In this document: positions 51,061 through 64,000 of the stretch, one piece after another
Layout: each line of letters starts with the position of its first letter
How positions within the stretch are numbered: position 1 is the stretch's first letter
Notes under the pieces: generated by a model
What the model saw: the letters and a program-made list of their open reading frames with translations, nothing else
The model's database searches: none
Told to the model about the DNA's origin: nothing
Position numbers and translations under genes: made by a program
Origin: Camelus dromedarius
Lineage: Eukaryota
Assembly (NCBI RefSeq): GCF_036321535.1
Contig: NC_087436.1
Span: 46,378,001 to 46,442,000 of the forward strand
Reading direction: 5' to 3'
DNA: 64,000 bases

Positions 51061-51956
51061 GAGTGACCTATGCCTGTATATAGGAATGCCTACATTTTTA
51101 CATCAGATTTTCCATAAAAGGTTTTAAACTTCCAAATTACTAGCTGAAGTTATTTGCAAAGTTGGGAGTCTATGAAACAAACAAAAAAAAGATTGATGAT
51201 TTGAGGAGGAAATGTCCCTAAAAATATATTATGCTAGTAAAGCAGAAAATGATGTATATGAGTTCAGTGTTGAGGTGTATACTTCGAAGAATACACGTTC
51301 ACATTTTAGTTAGAGGTGAACCTATGCTAAATGCATAAAACATTTTATTCAGTAACAAGGTAGATTTATCCACATGTAAATACTAGATTTTTCCATGATT
51401 AATACTATTTGCAATATGATTTTGTGTAGTGTCCAATACATGCTAAGAACCACAATACCAAATTCAGTTTCTTCATGCCTGTACGGTTTGAGTATCTATC
51501 TCAATTGGCACAGTGGGCCAAGTTAGTGGTAGAGTCAGGGAGAAGACGGAAATCTTACAATCAGCAGAATTGAGGCTTATATCGTACTTGAACAAGAGAA
51601 CACTGGATAGTTCGTGTTTCCTTCCTCCCTGGGAGACTGTGAACTTTGATAAAGCAATGTTTGCAAGAGTGCCTGGGCACATGGACATCAAACATGCAGT
51701 GACCTCTGAGGTTGTGCTGGGCTCCCAGAGGACAGCTGTGCAGCACACTCTGACTTCCTTATCTTTAAAAGAAGAAGGAAATTATAGCTTTTAAAATATA
51801 GTAAGTCCATGTTCAGTTTACAGTGGAAAAAGTAGAGTGAGGGAAATGTACTTTGTTCATAAGTTAACATAGAAGGATGGCCTGTGTGTGGTGGCAGCAC
51901 AGCATGGCGAGCGTACATCATCCATGCTGCTTTTACCCAAGAGTGATGACAGAGAA

Positions 51957-51998
51957 TTCTCTCTCCTCTCTCTCAGTCTCTCTCTCTCTCTCTCTCTC
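51957..51998. repeat. (TC)n microsatellite
   Basis: tctctctcctctctctcagtctctctctctctctctctctc. Confidence 0.9.
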
Positions 51999-52199
51999 AG
52001 CTATTTCTGATTAGGTCAGCCAAATCTGCCAGCCCTCTGTTTGGATTTGAAACGCATCCCTAAAACTAGATTTTACACTGGGCTCTGGAGCTACTGTGTT
52101 TACCAGGGTTGAACCAGCTTAGGCCAACACTTTTATTCAATTGCACTGAATTGTGAGGTTCAAATGAATAGGACTTCTTAAACTATGTTGATCATCTGT

Positions 52200-52820
52200 C
52201 AATGGCCCCCATATTCAATCAGGTAGCCAGTCTTGTTCGTTCTGCCTCAGAAATGCCTCCTAAATCTAGGGCTTTCCCTGTGTCTCCACTGTTGTGATCT
52301 TAATTCAGATCTTTGCCACCTCGTTCTTGGACCAAGGCAACAACTTCTGAAGAAGAGCAGCATTCCATGCTCTCAGAGTTCCATAAAGCACACTTGATCT
52401 CACAACCTCCTTGTTAAATTGCCAACAGAATCCAGCCCAGGGACCTGGGTATTGTTAGCCAGTCTTCCCAAATCTCTCTTTCCTGCTATTCCCCATCACG
52501 ACTCTCCACACCACATATGTTCTGACCACTCTGAACTCCTCATCTTTCTCTGATCCAGGACGCCTTCCACACATCTGCATGTTCATTCCTTCTGCCTGAA
52601 CTGCCTCACTCCTCCCCAGTCCCCCTTATCCCTGGACAACTTTCAAGAGCCAGTTCCAATGTCATCTTTGTAACTCCAGCTCTCCTACCTTTATTCCTCT
52701 CTGTACTCCCACCACACGGCATTTACTCCACTAGTTGTAATTATATTTGCATGTCTGTCCTCCAGACTCAGAGCACACCGCCTGGCTCATATTTGGCCAT
52801 AAATGCTTAGAAAATGAAAC
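52200..52820 (+). mobile_element. L2 LINE 3' fragment
   Basis: TTCCTTCTGCCTGAACTGCC...CAAGAGCCAGTTCCAATGTCA...GCACACCGCCTGGC...ATAAATGC. Confidence 0.55.
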
Positions 52821-55800
52821 TAGCTTGTCTTTATAATTCTATAGTTATGAAAAGATTAATCAGAAAAAGGTTTGTTAGATTTCAGAAATAAAAATGATCT
52901 ACACTTTTCTGGGATAGAAATGATGACCCTATTCTTATTTCAACAGCTGTGGCTGCCAAGAATTTCCAAGGTTTGCTCCTTTCCCATTTTTCTACCTCTA
53001 GCAAATTGAACTTTGTTTTTTGATTGCTGTCTTTTAAAAATCATTCCCTCTTTAGCTTTTGCCAGTTCAAAGGAAGCAAAATTTACGGTTCTTGTGAATA
53101 AAAGACCTTTACTGAGATATCCAACTCCTATGAATATATCTGTCCTTTCCAGCTATATTTCAATAACTTTTATGTAGATTGAAATCCAGTATTTTCCTGA
53201 ATTGCATTTATTGTGCCTCTTATTCATTGTGCTTTTAATTTGCTTTTATCATTTAATTGAAATAGATAATAGAGCATGGAAAAAGAGCTAAAACCTTAGT
53301 TATTTGGACAGAAATAGAATTTGGGAGACTTAAATTGTTACAGACCCATGTTAAAGGCTTGTTACAAATAGGCAGTTACTGTAAGTTCTGTACTTGAAGT
53401 CATTTGAATAGGAGTTAATTTGAAATTTGCCAGTGAAATTTGTAAATACATTGGTAGTAAATGAATAACACTCTAACAATGCTCTAAAAGAAGCGCTCCA
53501 ACTACTGAGTAACAACACTAATAATAAAGACTTTGTTAGCACCTTCAAATTGTGTGTGATTAGAGCTAATTACATAAAACTAATTAGAAATATAATTTCA
53601 AATAGTCTTATTTATTTATGAAAGTGGACATTATAAAATATCTGACTGCAACATACTAGACCAGACAAGAAGGACAGGAATCCCAAAAGAAGCCTTCTAC
53701 GAAACTCTGACTCACTATTCACATATTTATAACCAGTAATTTTACCATATTTCTTTCCCACTGATCTCAACCCAGTTTTAGCAACGGGCTTTTATTTTCA
53801 AATAGTTACCAACCAGCCATTGACACTAATACCTGAACAACATATATGTCCACTAAATATTAGATTGTTAGCTTGGTGTAGTTGGAAGCAGCAAAACACC
53901 ATTGTTAAATACTCTCTAATTCAAATAATTCATTAATTTGTATAGCTGCCTATCCCAAGCATAGGGGGGTGGTTTTCTTGCAAGACAAAGAAAGTAACTT
54001 AAATCATGACCCAGCTTTAAGTTTAAAAGTTAATAATCAAAGATACCTTTTTTTGATTATAATATTTTGACTGAAAAAGAATCATGGCTCCTAAATTTTG
54101 AAATACTGTGTTTATTAAGGTAACATTTTTCTACATGTTCAACCCATATTTGCAGTGAAGAGGGTCCAGTTTGAAAAAAGAGTGGGATTTCAGTCAGAGC
54201 AGAAGAAAACACCTGCCATTAATCCCGAGAGCACAAGTGCGGTCTGGAGTGTCCTAAGCAGCCGCCACAGCTGTGAATGGAGGCTGACCTCTGCTTCCGT
54301 TCTCTCTTGGGCTGGCAGGTGCCAGGACGCCATTCTGTCTGCTCAGAAACACCCCCTTTTGAAGCAGCAGTCTTTATTGCTCAATTGCAAATGCAGATTT
54401 TCATGTGTTCATGAATTAAGCGTCCTTGCTTATGGCAAGCTGTCTTAGGGCTCTAGTGGACTAATGCTTTGGCATTAGTGATGGGACTGTGGGGAAAAGA
54501 TTCCTCTCTGTCCTCCTTAAAATAGTTTCGTAAAAGCTTTGACCTCAAACATTCCATATCACCTAACTAAGTGCCTTCAGAGGACTGATACAATAAGAAG
54601 CTTGGCCTCTGAAATCTCACCAGCAAAAACAAAATGTTAAGAGGAGAAGCTTTTCCAGGGAGGGGAAGCTGGGGACAGGTCCACAGTAACTGTGAGTGAC
54701 CTTACAGTAGCTGGATTTTCTAGGCGTCATTTTTCTTAACACTAGTATATAGAAGTGTCTGACGTTAGCTTTTCCAGAACAGACTGTTTAGTTTTTCTAA
54801 ATCAGCATATCCCACCATATCCTCCACCAGTGCATAGAACATTGCCAAACTCTTTATAGGCATTCACCAAATGTATATAAAAATCTAATTAGAGTTAAAC
54901 AACATGCTACTTAATTAAATCAAGACTGGAATCACCATTGTATTTCTTAAACTTGAGGGTTAGTATCCTCTCCTTCTTTTCTTCGGGTTTCCTCTGCCCC
55001 ACCTAAAATAAAATCCTACTTGTAGGGCATTTGTGAGCATTTTGTGTGTGTTAAAAATGATCAAATAAATTTCCTAAACAATTTTACAGAGGTGTGCAGA
55101 CTACTCATTACTCACTACTTGATTCACTGAAAACATTAATAAAAATGTTAAGAAAAATCATTTTCTTAGCTTCCCTTTTTTTAATGGCAAAATTATTTTG
55201 GAGGGTAAGAAAGAAAAGAGTTTGTCTAGTTGATTCCATTACCCTAGCCCCCTCTCTGTCTCCCAGATTCTCTATAATTCCTCTTTCTCTGATTTTGAAC
55301 TTGCGATCTTGAGGCCACTGTCCATGACACCATGAAAAATGCAACCAGGGGGCATTTGAGAGCAGGCACGAGGTACACGGATAGCAGCCTCTCTGAGCAT
55401 CTAGTTCTGGAACTGCATCCCAGCACTTAGCATCCCTTAGACTGCACTCAGTCACACCGATGAGGTTAGAGTCCTGGCTAACTCACTTACAAGAGGCCTA
55501 ACCTTGATAATCTTTGAGTTTTATTTCTGGCATCTATAAAAGGAATATCATAATAATTTCCTCATTAGTTTGGGAGAAGATTAAATGCAGTAACAGGTGA
55601 AAGTTCTTAGTTGATGGCAAAATACACAAAATATGACATGATGTTGTCGCTATTATTAATATCATGATAACCTCACAACTGTTACCAGACATGCTGCAAC
55701 CGAGAATGGGAATTTGGTACAGTTCCTCTGTAGCTGGTATTAGCAGCAGATGTTTTGGTAGGTGGAGCACTCCTACATTCCCACCTGAAGTGACAAAGCA

Positions 55801-56084
55801 CTCTCCACTGGGAACTCAGAAGCAGTACTTTGCTAGGACCTTGGCTTTACTCCTGTCTAGACTTGTCCTTGTCCCCCGACCCTGCCAAAGACGAAGGTGA
55901 GAGATTGAAGGTAACTCTGAAAGGCTCCAATTCCTCAGGTAGGCTGAGCCCTGAGACATGACTTCATCTTCAAGAGCCAGAAAAAAATATATTGATGCCT
56001 CTAGAGTTCATATTTTCTGCTACTATTTCTGTCCAAAGACAAAGAAAATCTTACTATGGCTCAAGAATAGAAAGCTGCCCAACA

Positions 56085-57390
56085 AAATAGCAATTCCTTA
56101 AAAGATCCACTTATGAAAGGTCATCTGATTTATGACAAAGGTACGGTGTACTATGATGAGGAAAAGAAGCATTTTCAATAAATGGTGTTGGGTTAATTTG
56201 ATATCCACATGGGAAGACAAAGCATCTTGACTTCGACCTCACATCCTACCCAAAATCAATTCTCCATGAATTCAAATCTAAATATGAAAGATAAAATAAT
56301 AAAGCTTTTAACTTTTAGAATAAACATAGAAGAACCTCTTTATGACCTTGGAGCAGGCAAAGATTTCTTAAGTGGAACAATAAAAGAGGTAACTATAAGG
56401 AGAAAAAATGTTAAATTGAGCTTGAGAACTTCTGTTCATCAGAAACACCTTTAAGAGAATGTAAACACAATATGCAGAATGGGAGAATATATTTGCAATA
56501 AATATACTTTTGTAACAAAAGACTCATTCAGAATATGTAAGAAACTTTCATCTATCTACCTATCAATACAATGTATAATATATAAAGAACCCTAGTAAAT
56601 AATAGGGCAACTCAATAGAAAATGATATGAACAGATACTTTATGGGATGCAAAATGGCCAGGACATTTATTTAAAAAGAGTTCAGCTTAATTATTGGAGA
56701 AGTACAAATTAAAACACAATGTGAAATTACTACACCTCCCACCAGAAAGTCTAAAATGAAAAAGATGGAAAATACCAAGTACTGGTGATGATATAGGGAA
56801 ACTGAAAATTCTCATACATTGCTGATGGGAGTATAATTGCTAGAACCACACTGAAAAACTATTTGGCAAAATCTACTAAATCTCAATGTATGTGTATTCT
56901 CTATAACATAGCAGTTCCACTCCTAGATATACACCCGACAGAAATGTATACAATTTTTCACCAAAGGATATCCCTGGGATGTTTTTAGCAGCACTATTTG
57001 TATAATCAAGACCTTAAAACTCCTGGAAACAAACAGCCATCAACAGTAGGATAAATAAACAATGCTTCACTCACACGGTAGACTACTAAAACCACACACA
57101 AAATTTGGCATGAATTTCACACATGCTAAGCAGAAGAGACTAGACACATGATGGATGGTTCCACTTGTATTAGTACACTTATATAAAGTACAAATGCAGG
57201 TAAACTAATCTATTCTGTCAGAATAGTGATTGCTGTTGGTGGTGGGTAGTGACAAGGAAATGGCACAACAGGAGCTTCTGGGTTTCTTTAGTGGGGTTCT
57301 ACCTGCATTAAGTGTGTTCAGTTTGTGAAAATCAATTCAGCGTGATATATACTTATGACACATATACTTTTATGCTTATATATGTGTGTA
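56085..57390 (+). mobile_element. Old L1 (L1MD/ME-type) ORF2 3' part and 3' UTR
   Basis: TGATTTATGACAAAGG...TTTTCAATAAATGGTGTTGG...GGCAAAGATTTCTTAA...CTCATACATTGCTGATGGGAGT...GCAGTTCCACTCCTAG...TCAGTTTGTGAAAAT. Confidence 0.88.
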
Positions 57391-57591
57391 TATATATACA
57401 CACACACACATATGTAATACCATTTTCACATTGTAACCATATTATAGTTTAGAACCTAAAATTCCTTGAGAAACTTCATTGACAGCTGTAAACCTGTGTC
57501 CTTTGTATGAATCTTGTGACCAGTCTTAGCTAATCTATTCAAGCTACAATGTTTTTTCAATTTACTAAAAATTTTTTTCTCTTTATTTCAG

Positions 57592-57618
57592 GGCCCTCCT
57601 GGTCCAAAAGGTGATAAG
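57592..57618 (+). CDS. COL25A1: COL25A1 27-nt exon: GPPGPKGDK
   Basis: ttttttctctttatttcag|GGC CCT CCT GGT CCA AAA GGT GAT AAG|gtaaga. Confidence 0.96.
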
Positions 57619-57762
57619 GTAAGAAAATATGTAGCAGAAACAAATTAAGTTAGTGGAAATCCATACTGGCATGACTTATACTATGTAATATTTTTATCTT
57701 TTTAATGAGCATTACCTACAGACTTTGTGCTAAAACTATCTTCTCATTTTCCAACTCTACAG

Positions 57763-57789
57763 GGAGAACAAGGTGATCAGGGACCTCGG
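57763..57789 (+). CDS. COL25A1: COL25A1 27-nt exon: GEQGDQGPR (end of COL1)
   Basis: ttttccaactctacag|GGA GAA CAA GGT GAT CAG GGA CCT CGG|gtaagt; 144-bp upstream intron. Confidence 0.96.
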
Positions 57790-60191
57790 GTAAGTTGTAC
57801 TCTTCCAGTCCTGGGCAGAAAATTACTTTTCAGCTCCAAACTCATTGCATTAAAATAGCCCTGGCTTCACAACTGTGTTTTGTCATGTGGTTTAGTAATG
57901 GCTGACAAAAATACAATACCACTTATAACTGAAATAGTCTTAATTATAACTAATGTTTATATCTTGTTGCATTATCTTAACTTGATACCTGTAAACAAGA
58001 GACTCTGCAATAATTAGCCCTACTCATTAAGGGCCAGAATCACTACTAAAAGTCAACAACAATCACCTTTCCATTGGCTGTTGGGTCCTTCAGATTTGTA
58101 CGCTCTGTTTTGTAATATAGAGGTCATGTGGACTCCTATTGAATTTTTCTGCAGTTAAACTTTATGTGCTATTGCATAAATATGTTGTATTATAGACAAA
58201 AAATATTAATGCATTTTATATTTTAATTTTTCATCATAAGTTTGAATAATATTTTTTTGAATTTTTAATTCTTTGTAGATTTTTAAGCAGATAAAAGGTA
58301 TAATATAATTTAGTATTCCAAAGAGGAGGGGCATTCTTTTATTCTTCTCAACTGTGGCTCTTTTAACCATTATAACACAATGGTGAATGCTTTGTTATTA
58401 CCTTGGTAGTGCCAAGTCCTCTGCTTCACATCTGTGCCTTATTACCCAAATGTTCAGACATACTGTTCCAATGATGTAGTGGCTCCGTGCAGACATACCT
58501 CTCAATTTTCTCATGTCACTATGCACAAAAGCGAGTATTTGGTTGAAGAGGGTCATTTTTTATAGTGGAAAAGCACATTTAAAACTTTCAGGTTGAAAAC
58601 AGGCCCTGTGTATGCTTTTTGTAAAATGCACTCTGTGGGGTTAATTACTGAATTCATTTACACTGTAATAGAGGTTTTGTTGCAAAAGATGTAGTCAGTG
58701 CAAACTTGAAAAGTTTAAAGTCTTATCCCTCATGTTTATTCAACTAGGTGAAAGTTATGCTGTGATTTACTTTCCTTTCTATTCTTTTCTTCAAATAGAA
58801 ATAATGATTATGCCTCAGAGCATTCTGTTTCCTGTGGTAGTTATTCTATCTGATGACTAGTTAAAAGCTCATCTCAGTGGTCAAGAAGATTAAACATTAT
58901 GATATCTGTCATGGATGCAAATAGAATAGAATGATCATAACCTTAAATGGTTAGAATGTAGCCACTTACTCTGTATGTGGTAATTACTTCACATGGCATG
59001 TCTCCATGTACTGAGTATCATTTCTTTCTACATGCAATATCAAAATCATTCAACTTGCCCTTTCCAGGTAAGAGGGAAACTGTTTCCATTCTGAGAAATC
59101 TTCTTTTGGCAAAGGAAGTCAAGGGGTGGTTCACAGCTTAGCTGTCATCAGTATGCATGCAATTCTCATTTTCAAAAAGGTGTGTTGGCTTTCATCGTTC
59201 CAAAAAGTGATGATTGATTATAAAGCGAGGCCAAATTTTTAGGATGAAACCCGAAACCATGTGAAATTCACCTGGTTTCATGTTGCATTACAAACTAAAA
59301 CTTGGACCAGGTTCTTCGCAAGTTTGGCCAAAGTTCATGAACTACTTTAACAAACCCAGACTGCCTTTCATATAGATTTCAGCCAGTTTTCACACTGACT
59401 GGGGCCAACTTTCACACGATTCAGGGGCCACTTAGCATTTCAGATGGAAGTGACAAAAATTGATACCATTTTCTTCTGGATTTTTCTTTGTATTGAAAGA
59501 ATTTGGATTGAATTAATAATGCCGGATGAATCTTTATGGATAAAAATTTAAATGTCATGGGAAGTACATGTGAATGTGAGAATGAAAACTTATCGAATTG
59601 CCTATCTTTTCTCAGATTCTTAATTTAGAAACAAGGCAGATCACAGTGATCTTAGAATTTTAATACAAGGATTGTTAGCTACTTATTAGGAAATTCACAT
59701 ACCAAGATAGAAAATGAAGATTTTATATTTCCAGAAAAGTCATAAGTTAGTTAGAACTGGAAAACTCTTCAATTTTAATAAAAATTAACTTTACCCACAT
59801 CCTCCATGGGCACACTATTCCAGCTGATGCTGACAGAGGCTTTCTTTTTTCAAATGTAGATCTTTGTGTTTAAATACCCTGTCTATTTTCACCCTATCAT
59901 AGATTTTGAATTCCACTTTTTATCATTTGTTCCAAGTAATTTATTTCTTTTCATAATTAACAATTTGATCTTCAATCATTTCAATTCTTTGTTAGCTGGC
60001 TTTCCATTATGGGATCTATACTGTTTTCTTGAATGTGAGATCCTTTTTGAATTTTTGCATGCCCAAATGCCAGACAGGAATATATTAAGCCATAATATGT
60101 GAATCAAAGGAGGAAAAATTTGAAGATAATATAGAAATTAAGAAGATGAAATTATCTGGAAACACTGGGACATATATTTATCCATATATAT

Positions 60192-60327
60192 ATTTGGTTT
60201 GTTTTATTGGAGGGACATAATTAGGTTTATTTATTTATTTATTTATTTTTAATGGAAGTACTGGGGATTGAACCTAGGACCTCGTGCATGCTAAGCACAC
60301 ACTCTACCACTGAGCTGTACCCTCCCC
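60192..60327 (-). mobile_element. Camelid tRNA-derived SINE (Vic-1 type) with 13-bp TSD
   Basis: Reverse complement GGGGAGGGTACAGCTCAGTGGTAGAG...GGTCCTAGGTTCAATCCCCAGTAC (Pol III A/B boxes) plus (AAAT)n and AAACCTAATTA; TSD tatccatatatat at 60179-60191 and 60328-60340. Confidence 0.9.
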
Positions 60328-60394
60328 TATCCATATATATTGAGCATCTACCATGTTCCAGATACCATGCTTAATACTGCAGAGACTATATATA

Positions 60395-61017
60395 AATGTG
60401 TTCATTTCTCTTTCTCTCTTCTACCACCACCAAATTCAGCCTAGTAATATCTCATGCTCTTGATCACTGCAGTAGTCTCCCAATTCATCTTGCTTCCACT
60501 CTTATCCTGTACAGTCCATTTCCTAAACAGCAGCCAGAGAACATTTTATGCTATAAATCAGATTATGTTACTCTCTGATTTAAACCTTAGAATGAAATCC
60601 AAACCACTTTGCTTGGTCTCCAAGAACCTTCAAGATCCGGTCCTTGCCTACCTCTCCCTCATATCACACTAGTCTTCCCCTCCACCCACTGCACTCCAGC
60701 CACATTGTCCTCCAGGTGTTCTTTAAATACAGCACACTCCCAACTTGATGACTTTCCATTTGTTCTTTTCTAGTCTTCTTGTGATTGGGTTCTTCTTATC
60801 ATTGAGATTTTATCCTAAATACATCCTTGGTGAAAACTTCCTTATTCTAAACCCAATCTAAATCTGAGATTATCCTATTTTATTTATTTATTTACTTGCT
60901 TCTTATCTGTAAAACATTCTACTCCTCAGAACTTAACTCCATGAGAGCAAGGACTTTGTCTTGTTCAAGCCTCCAACACCTAGAACAGTGAGGAGTCAAT
61001 AAATGTTTGTTGAATAA
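60395..61017 (+). mobile_element. L2 LINE 3' end
   Basis: AAATCAGATTATGTTACTC...CACTCCAGCCACA...CTCCATGAGAGCAAGGACTTTGTCTTGTTCA...AATAAATGTTTGTTGAATAAA. Confidence 0.8.
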
Positions 61018-62006
61018 AATAAAATATTATTTCATTATTATTTCTCTCAAGGAGCTGATAATCTCACGGGTGCCTGAATAAGAAAACTATGTGGTTGTAT
61101 GTTATATGCCTTAAATAGCTCTAAGAGATGCTAGATAAGTGAACATACTTCCATTTTAAATAATCACTGGAGACTGTAGAAAAGGTAACACTTGAGCTAG
61201 GATTTGATAAATGGGTAATCTTTAAAAGATAAAATGAAGGACAATAATATTGCATTTGCCAAGGAAATGGGTTAAATATAGAAAAATTGTATCATATATG
61301 GCTGAAATTTTTTATTGAAGTTATGGAACATTTTGAAGTTCTTGTGTGGCGGACAATAAGGAACAACTGAAGATTGTTTAGTATATAATTTGCTGTATAC
61401 TACCACCAGACTACTTGGTGTTATTACCAAATGTTCTTTATGAAAATCTATACTGTAATAGTGTCCAATATGGAAAGAAGTTCAAAGAGACTGAAAGCAG
61501 GGATACCAAATAGGGCAGAAAACTATGTCAGTCATCTGGACAAGGTCATGAAAGTCTGGGCTATAAGGATAATATCCAGTCCTCAGTGGAGAGGTGAGCA
61601 GAGGGGATGAGCTGGCTCAACCTGGAGCATCAGGTATCATGGAGGTGCAAGCCATACTGAGCAGAAAGTTCAGTGGCAGAATGAGAAGCTCAGCAGTGGA
61701 GAGGGACTAAATTGGTGAGCCAAGCAGAAGTTCCAAAAGGGTCACCAAAACATTAGAAAAAAGCTCTATGTTTTAAATGGTGTTGAGAAGGGAAGTTGGA
61801 TCATCTCACCAATAGGGTTCACCACAAATACCAAGCAAAAACCTGGGCAAAGAGGGAGAAACAGGGACTAATAGAGGAGAAATCGATAAAAGTGAAATCT
61901 TGAAGTGGAAGGTGAGAGATGAATTTGATCTCTCTTGGATTTACATCCAGAATCTGTGACCATGGGTGGAGTCATGACCACATTAAATTTAAAAAAAAAA
62001 AAAGAA

Positions 62007-64000
62007 AAGGAAAGACAAGGATGCCCACTATCACCACTCCTATTCAACATAGTCTTGAAAGTCCTAGCCACAGCAATCAGGCAAGAGAGAGAAATAAAAG
62101 GGATTCAAATTGGAAAAGAAGAGGTAAAAGTGTCGCTATATGCCAACGACATGTTACTATATGTAGAAAACCCTAAAAGGTCCACACAAAAACTACTAGA
62201 GCTGATCGAAGAATTCAGCAAAGTAGCAGATTACAAGATTAACGTTCAAAACTCAGTTGCATTTCTTTTCACTAACGATGAATCAACAGAAAAAGAAAGT
62301 AAAGAAACAATCCCCTTTACAATAGCACCCAAAGTAATGAAATACCTAGGAATAAATCTAATCAAGGAGGTGAAAGAATTATACACAGAAAACTATAAGC
62401 CATTGATGAAGGAAATTAAAGAAGACTTTAAAAACTAGAAAGATATCCCATGCTCTTGGATTGGAAGAATCAATATTGTTAAAATGGTCACACTACCCAA
62501 GGCAATCTACAGATTTAATGCAATCCCTATCAAATTACCCAGGACATATTTCACAGAACTAGAACAAATCATAATAAAATTCATATGGAACCATCAAGGA
62601 TCTAGAATCACCAAAGCGTTACTGAAGAGAAAGAAAGAGGCTGGAGGAATAACTCTTCCAGACTTCAGACAATACTATAGAGCTACAGTCATCAAGACAG
62701 CATGGTATTGGTACAAAAACAGACATATAGACCAATGGAACAGGATAGAGAGCCCAGAAATGAAACCACAAACTTTTGATCAACTAATCAATGGAATAAA
62801 GACAGTCTCTTCAGCAAATGGTGTTGGGAAAACTGGACAGCAGCATGTAAAGCGATGAAGCTAGAACACTCCCTTATACCATACACAAAAATAAACTTAA
62901 AATAGATCAAAGACTTGAACATAAGACAAGATACAATAAACCTACTAGAAGAAAATATAGGCAAAACATTATCTGACATACATCTCAAAAATGTTCTCCT
63001 AGAACAGTCTACTCAAGCAATAGAAATAAGAGCAAGAATAAACAAATGGGACCTAATGAAACTTACAAGCTTCTGCACAGCAAAGGAAACCATAAGTAAA
63101 ACAAAAAGACAACCTATGGAATGGGAGAAAATTTTTGCAAATGAAACAGACAAAGGCTTGATCTCCAGAATATATAAGCAGCTCATATGACTTAATAAGA
63201 AACAACCAAACAACCCAATCCAAAAATGGGCAAAAGACCTAAACAAGCAATTCTCCAAGGAAGACATACAAATAATTAATGGGCACATGAAAAAATGCTC
63301 CATATCACTAATTATCAGAGAAATGCAAATCAAAACTACAATGAGGTATCACCTCACACCAGTCAGAATGGCCATCATTCAAAAATCCACAAATGACAAA
63401 TGCTGGAGAGGCTGTGGAGAAAGGGGAACCCTCCTACACTGCTGGTGGGAATGAAGTTTGGTACAGCCACTGTGGAAAACAGTATGGAGATTCCTCAAAA
63501 GACTAGGAATAGACTTACCGTATGACCCAGGAATCCCGCTCCTGGGCATTTATATAGAAGGAACCCTACTTCAGGATGACACCTGCAGCCCAATGTTCAT
63601 AGCAGCACTATTTACAATAGCCAAGACATGGAGAAGCCTAAATGTACATCAATGGATGACTTGATAAAGAAGAGGTGGTATATTTATACAATGGAATACT
63701 ACTCAGCCATAAAAACCAACAACATAATGCCATTTGCAGCAACATGGATGCTCCTGGAGAATGTCATTCTAAGTGAAGTAAGCCAGAAAGAGAAAGAAAA
63801 ATACCATATGAGATCGCTCATATGTGGAATCTAAAATACAAAAACAAAAACAAACAAACAAACAAAAACAAAGCGTAAATAAAGGACAGAAATAGACTCA
63901 CAGACAGAGAATACAGACTTGTGGTTACCAGGAGGGTGGAGGGTGGGAAGGGATAGACTGGGATTTCAAAATTGTAGAATAGACTACACTGTATAGCACA
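62007..64000 (+). mobile_element. Young lineage-specific L1, 5'-truncated: ORF2 RT C-terminal part and start of the 3' UTR (runs off the window)
   Basis: ORF pieces [73 protein letters not shown]...SLICGI*. Disabled by a TAG at 62436-62438, further stops and frameshifts. Confidence 0.97.

Noticed and set aside
60255..60327. tRNA-like sequence on the minus strand
   Set aside because: It is the head of a SINE, with (AAAT)n tail and TSD, not a tRNA gene.
61935..62438. 167-aa ORF as a novel fusion protein
   Set aside because: Non-ATG start in flanking DNA reading through an A-tract into truncated L1 ORF2, ending at a premature stop.
57790..64000. Next COL25A1 exon (NC2, MVFPKINHG... or an alternative)
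   Set aside because: No matching sequence found by eye; it presumably lies beyond the window.
1..64000. CRISPR arrays, operons or other prokaryotic systems
   Set aside because: The sequence is CpG-depleted mammalian intronic DNA with no repeat-spacer arrays or dense coding.

Overview
Mammalian (eukaryotic) genomic DNA, almost certainly from a camelid: it carries a Vic-1-type tRNA-derived SINE and cetartiodactyl L1 3' ends. The whole window lies inside a + strand transmembrane collagen gene, COL25A1 (CLAC-P). Five tiny coding exons of 45, 8, 18, 27 and 27 nt splice in frame to (G)[41 protein letters not shown], the COL1 triple-helical domain, separated by introns of about 2.0 kb, 27 kb, 19.4 kb and 144 bp. 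The introns are mostly interspersed repeats (L1, L2, MIR, MLT/LTR, Tigger/MER DNA transposons). The ORF track is almost entirely spurious except for pieces of a young L1 ORF2. Most notable observations: (1) a heavily decayed, intronless, antisense MIA3/TANGO1 retrocopy (~4560-6241) joined directly to an ancient L1 ORF1 fragment; (2) a ~155-bp inverted-repeat pair 1.55 kb apart whose best-paired core covers a possible 21-nt poison microexon and its donor; (3) an in-frame internal 5' splice site that would delete most of the polybasic KRGRR stretch of COL1; (4) a candidate recursive AG|GTAAG site. Repeat family names and protein homologies come from recognition by eye and memory, not from searches; repeat boundaries are approximate unless target-site duplications are given.
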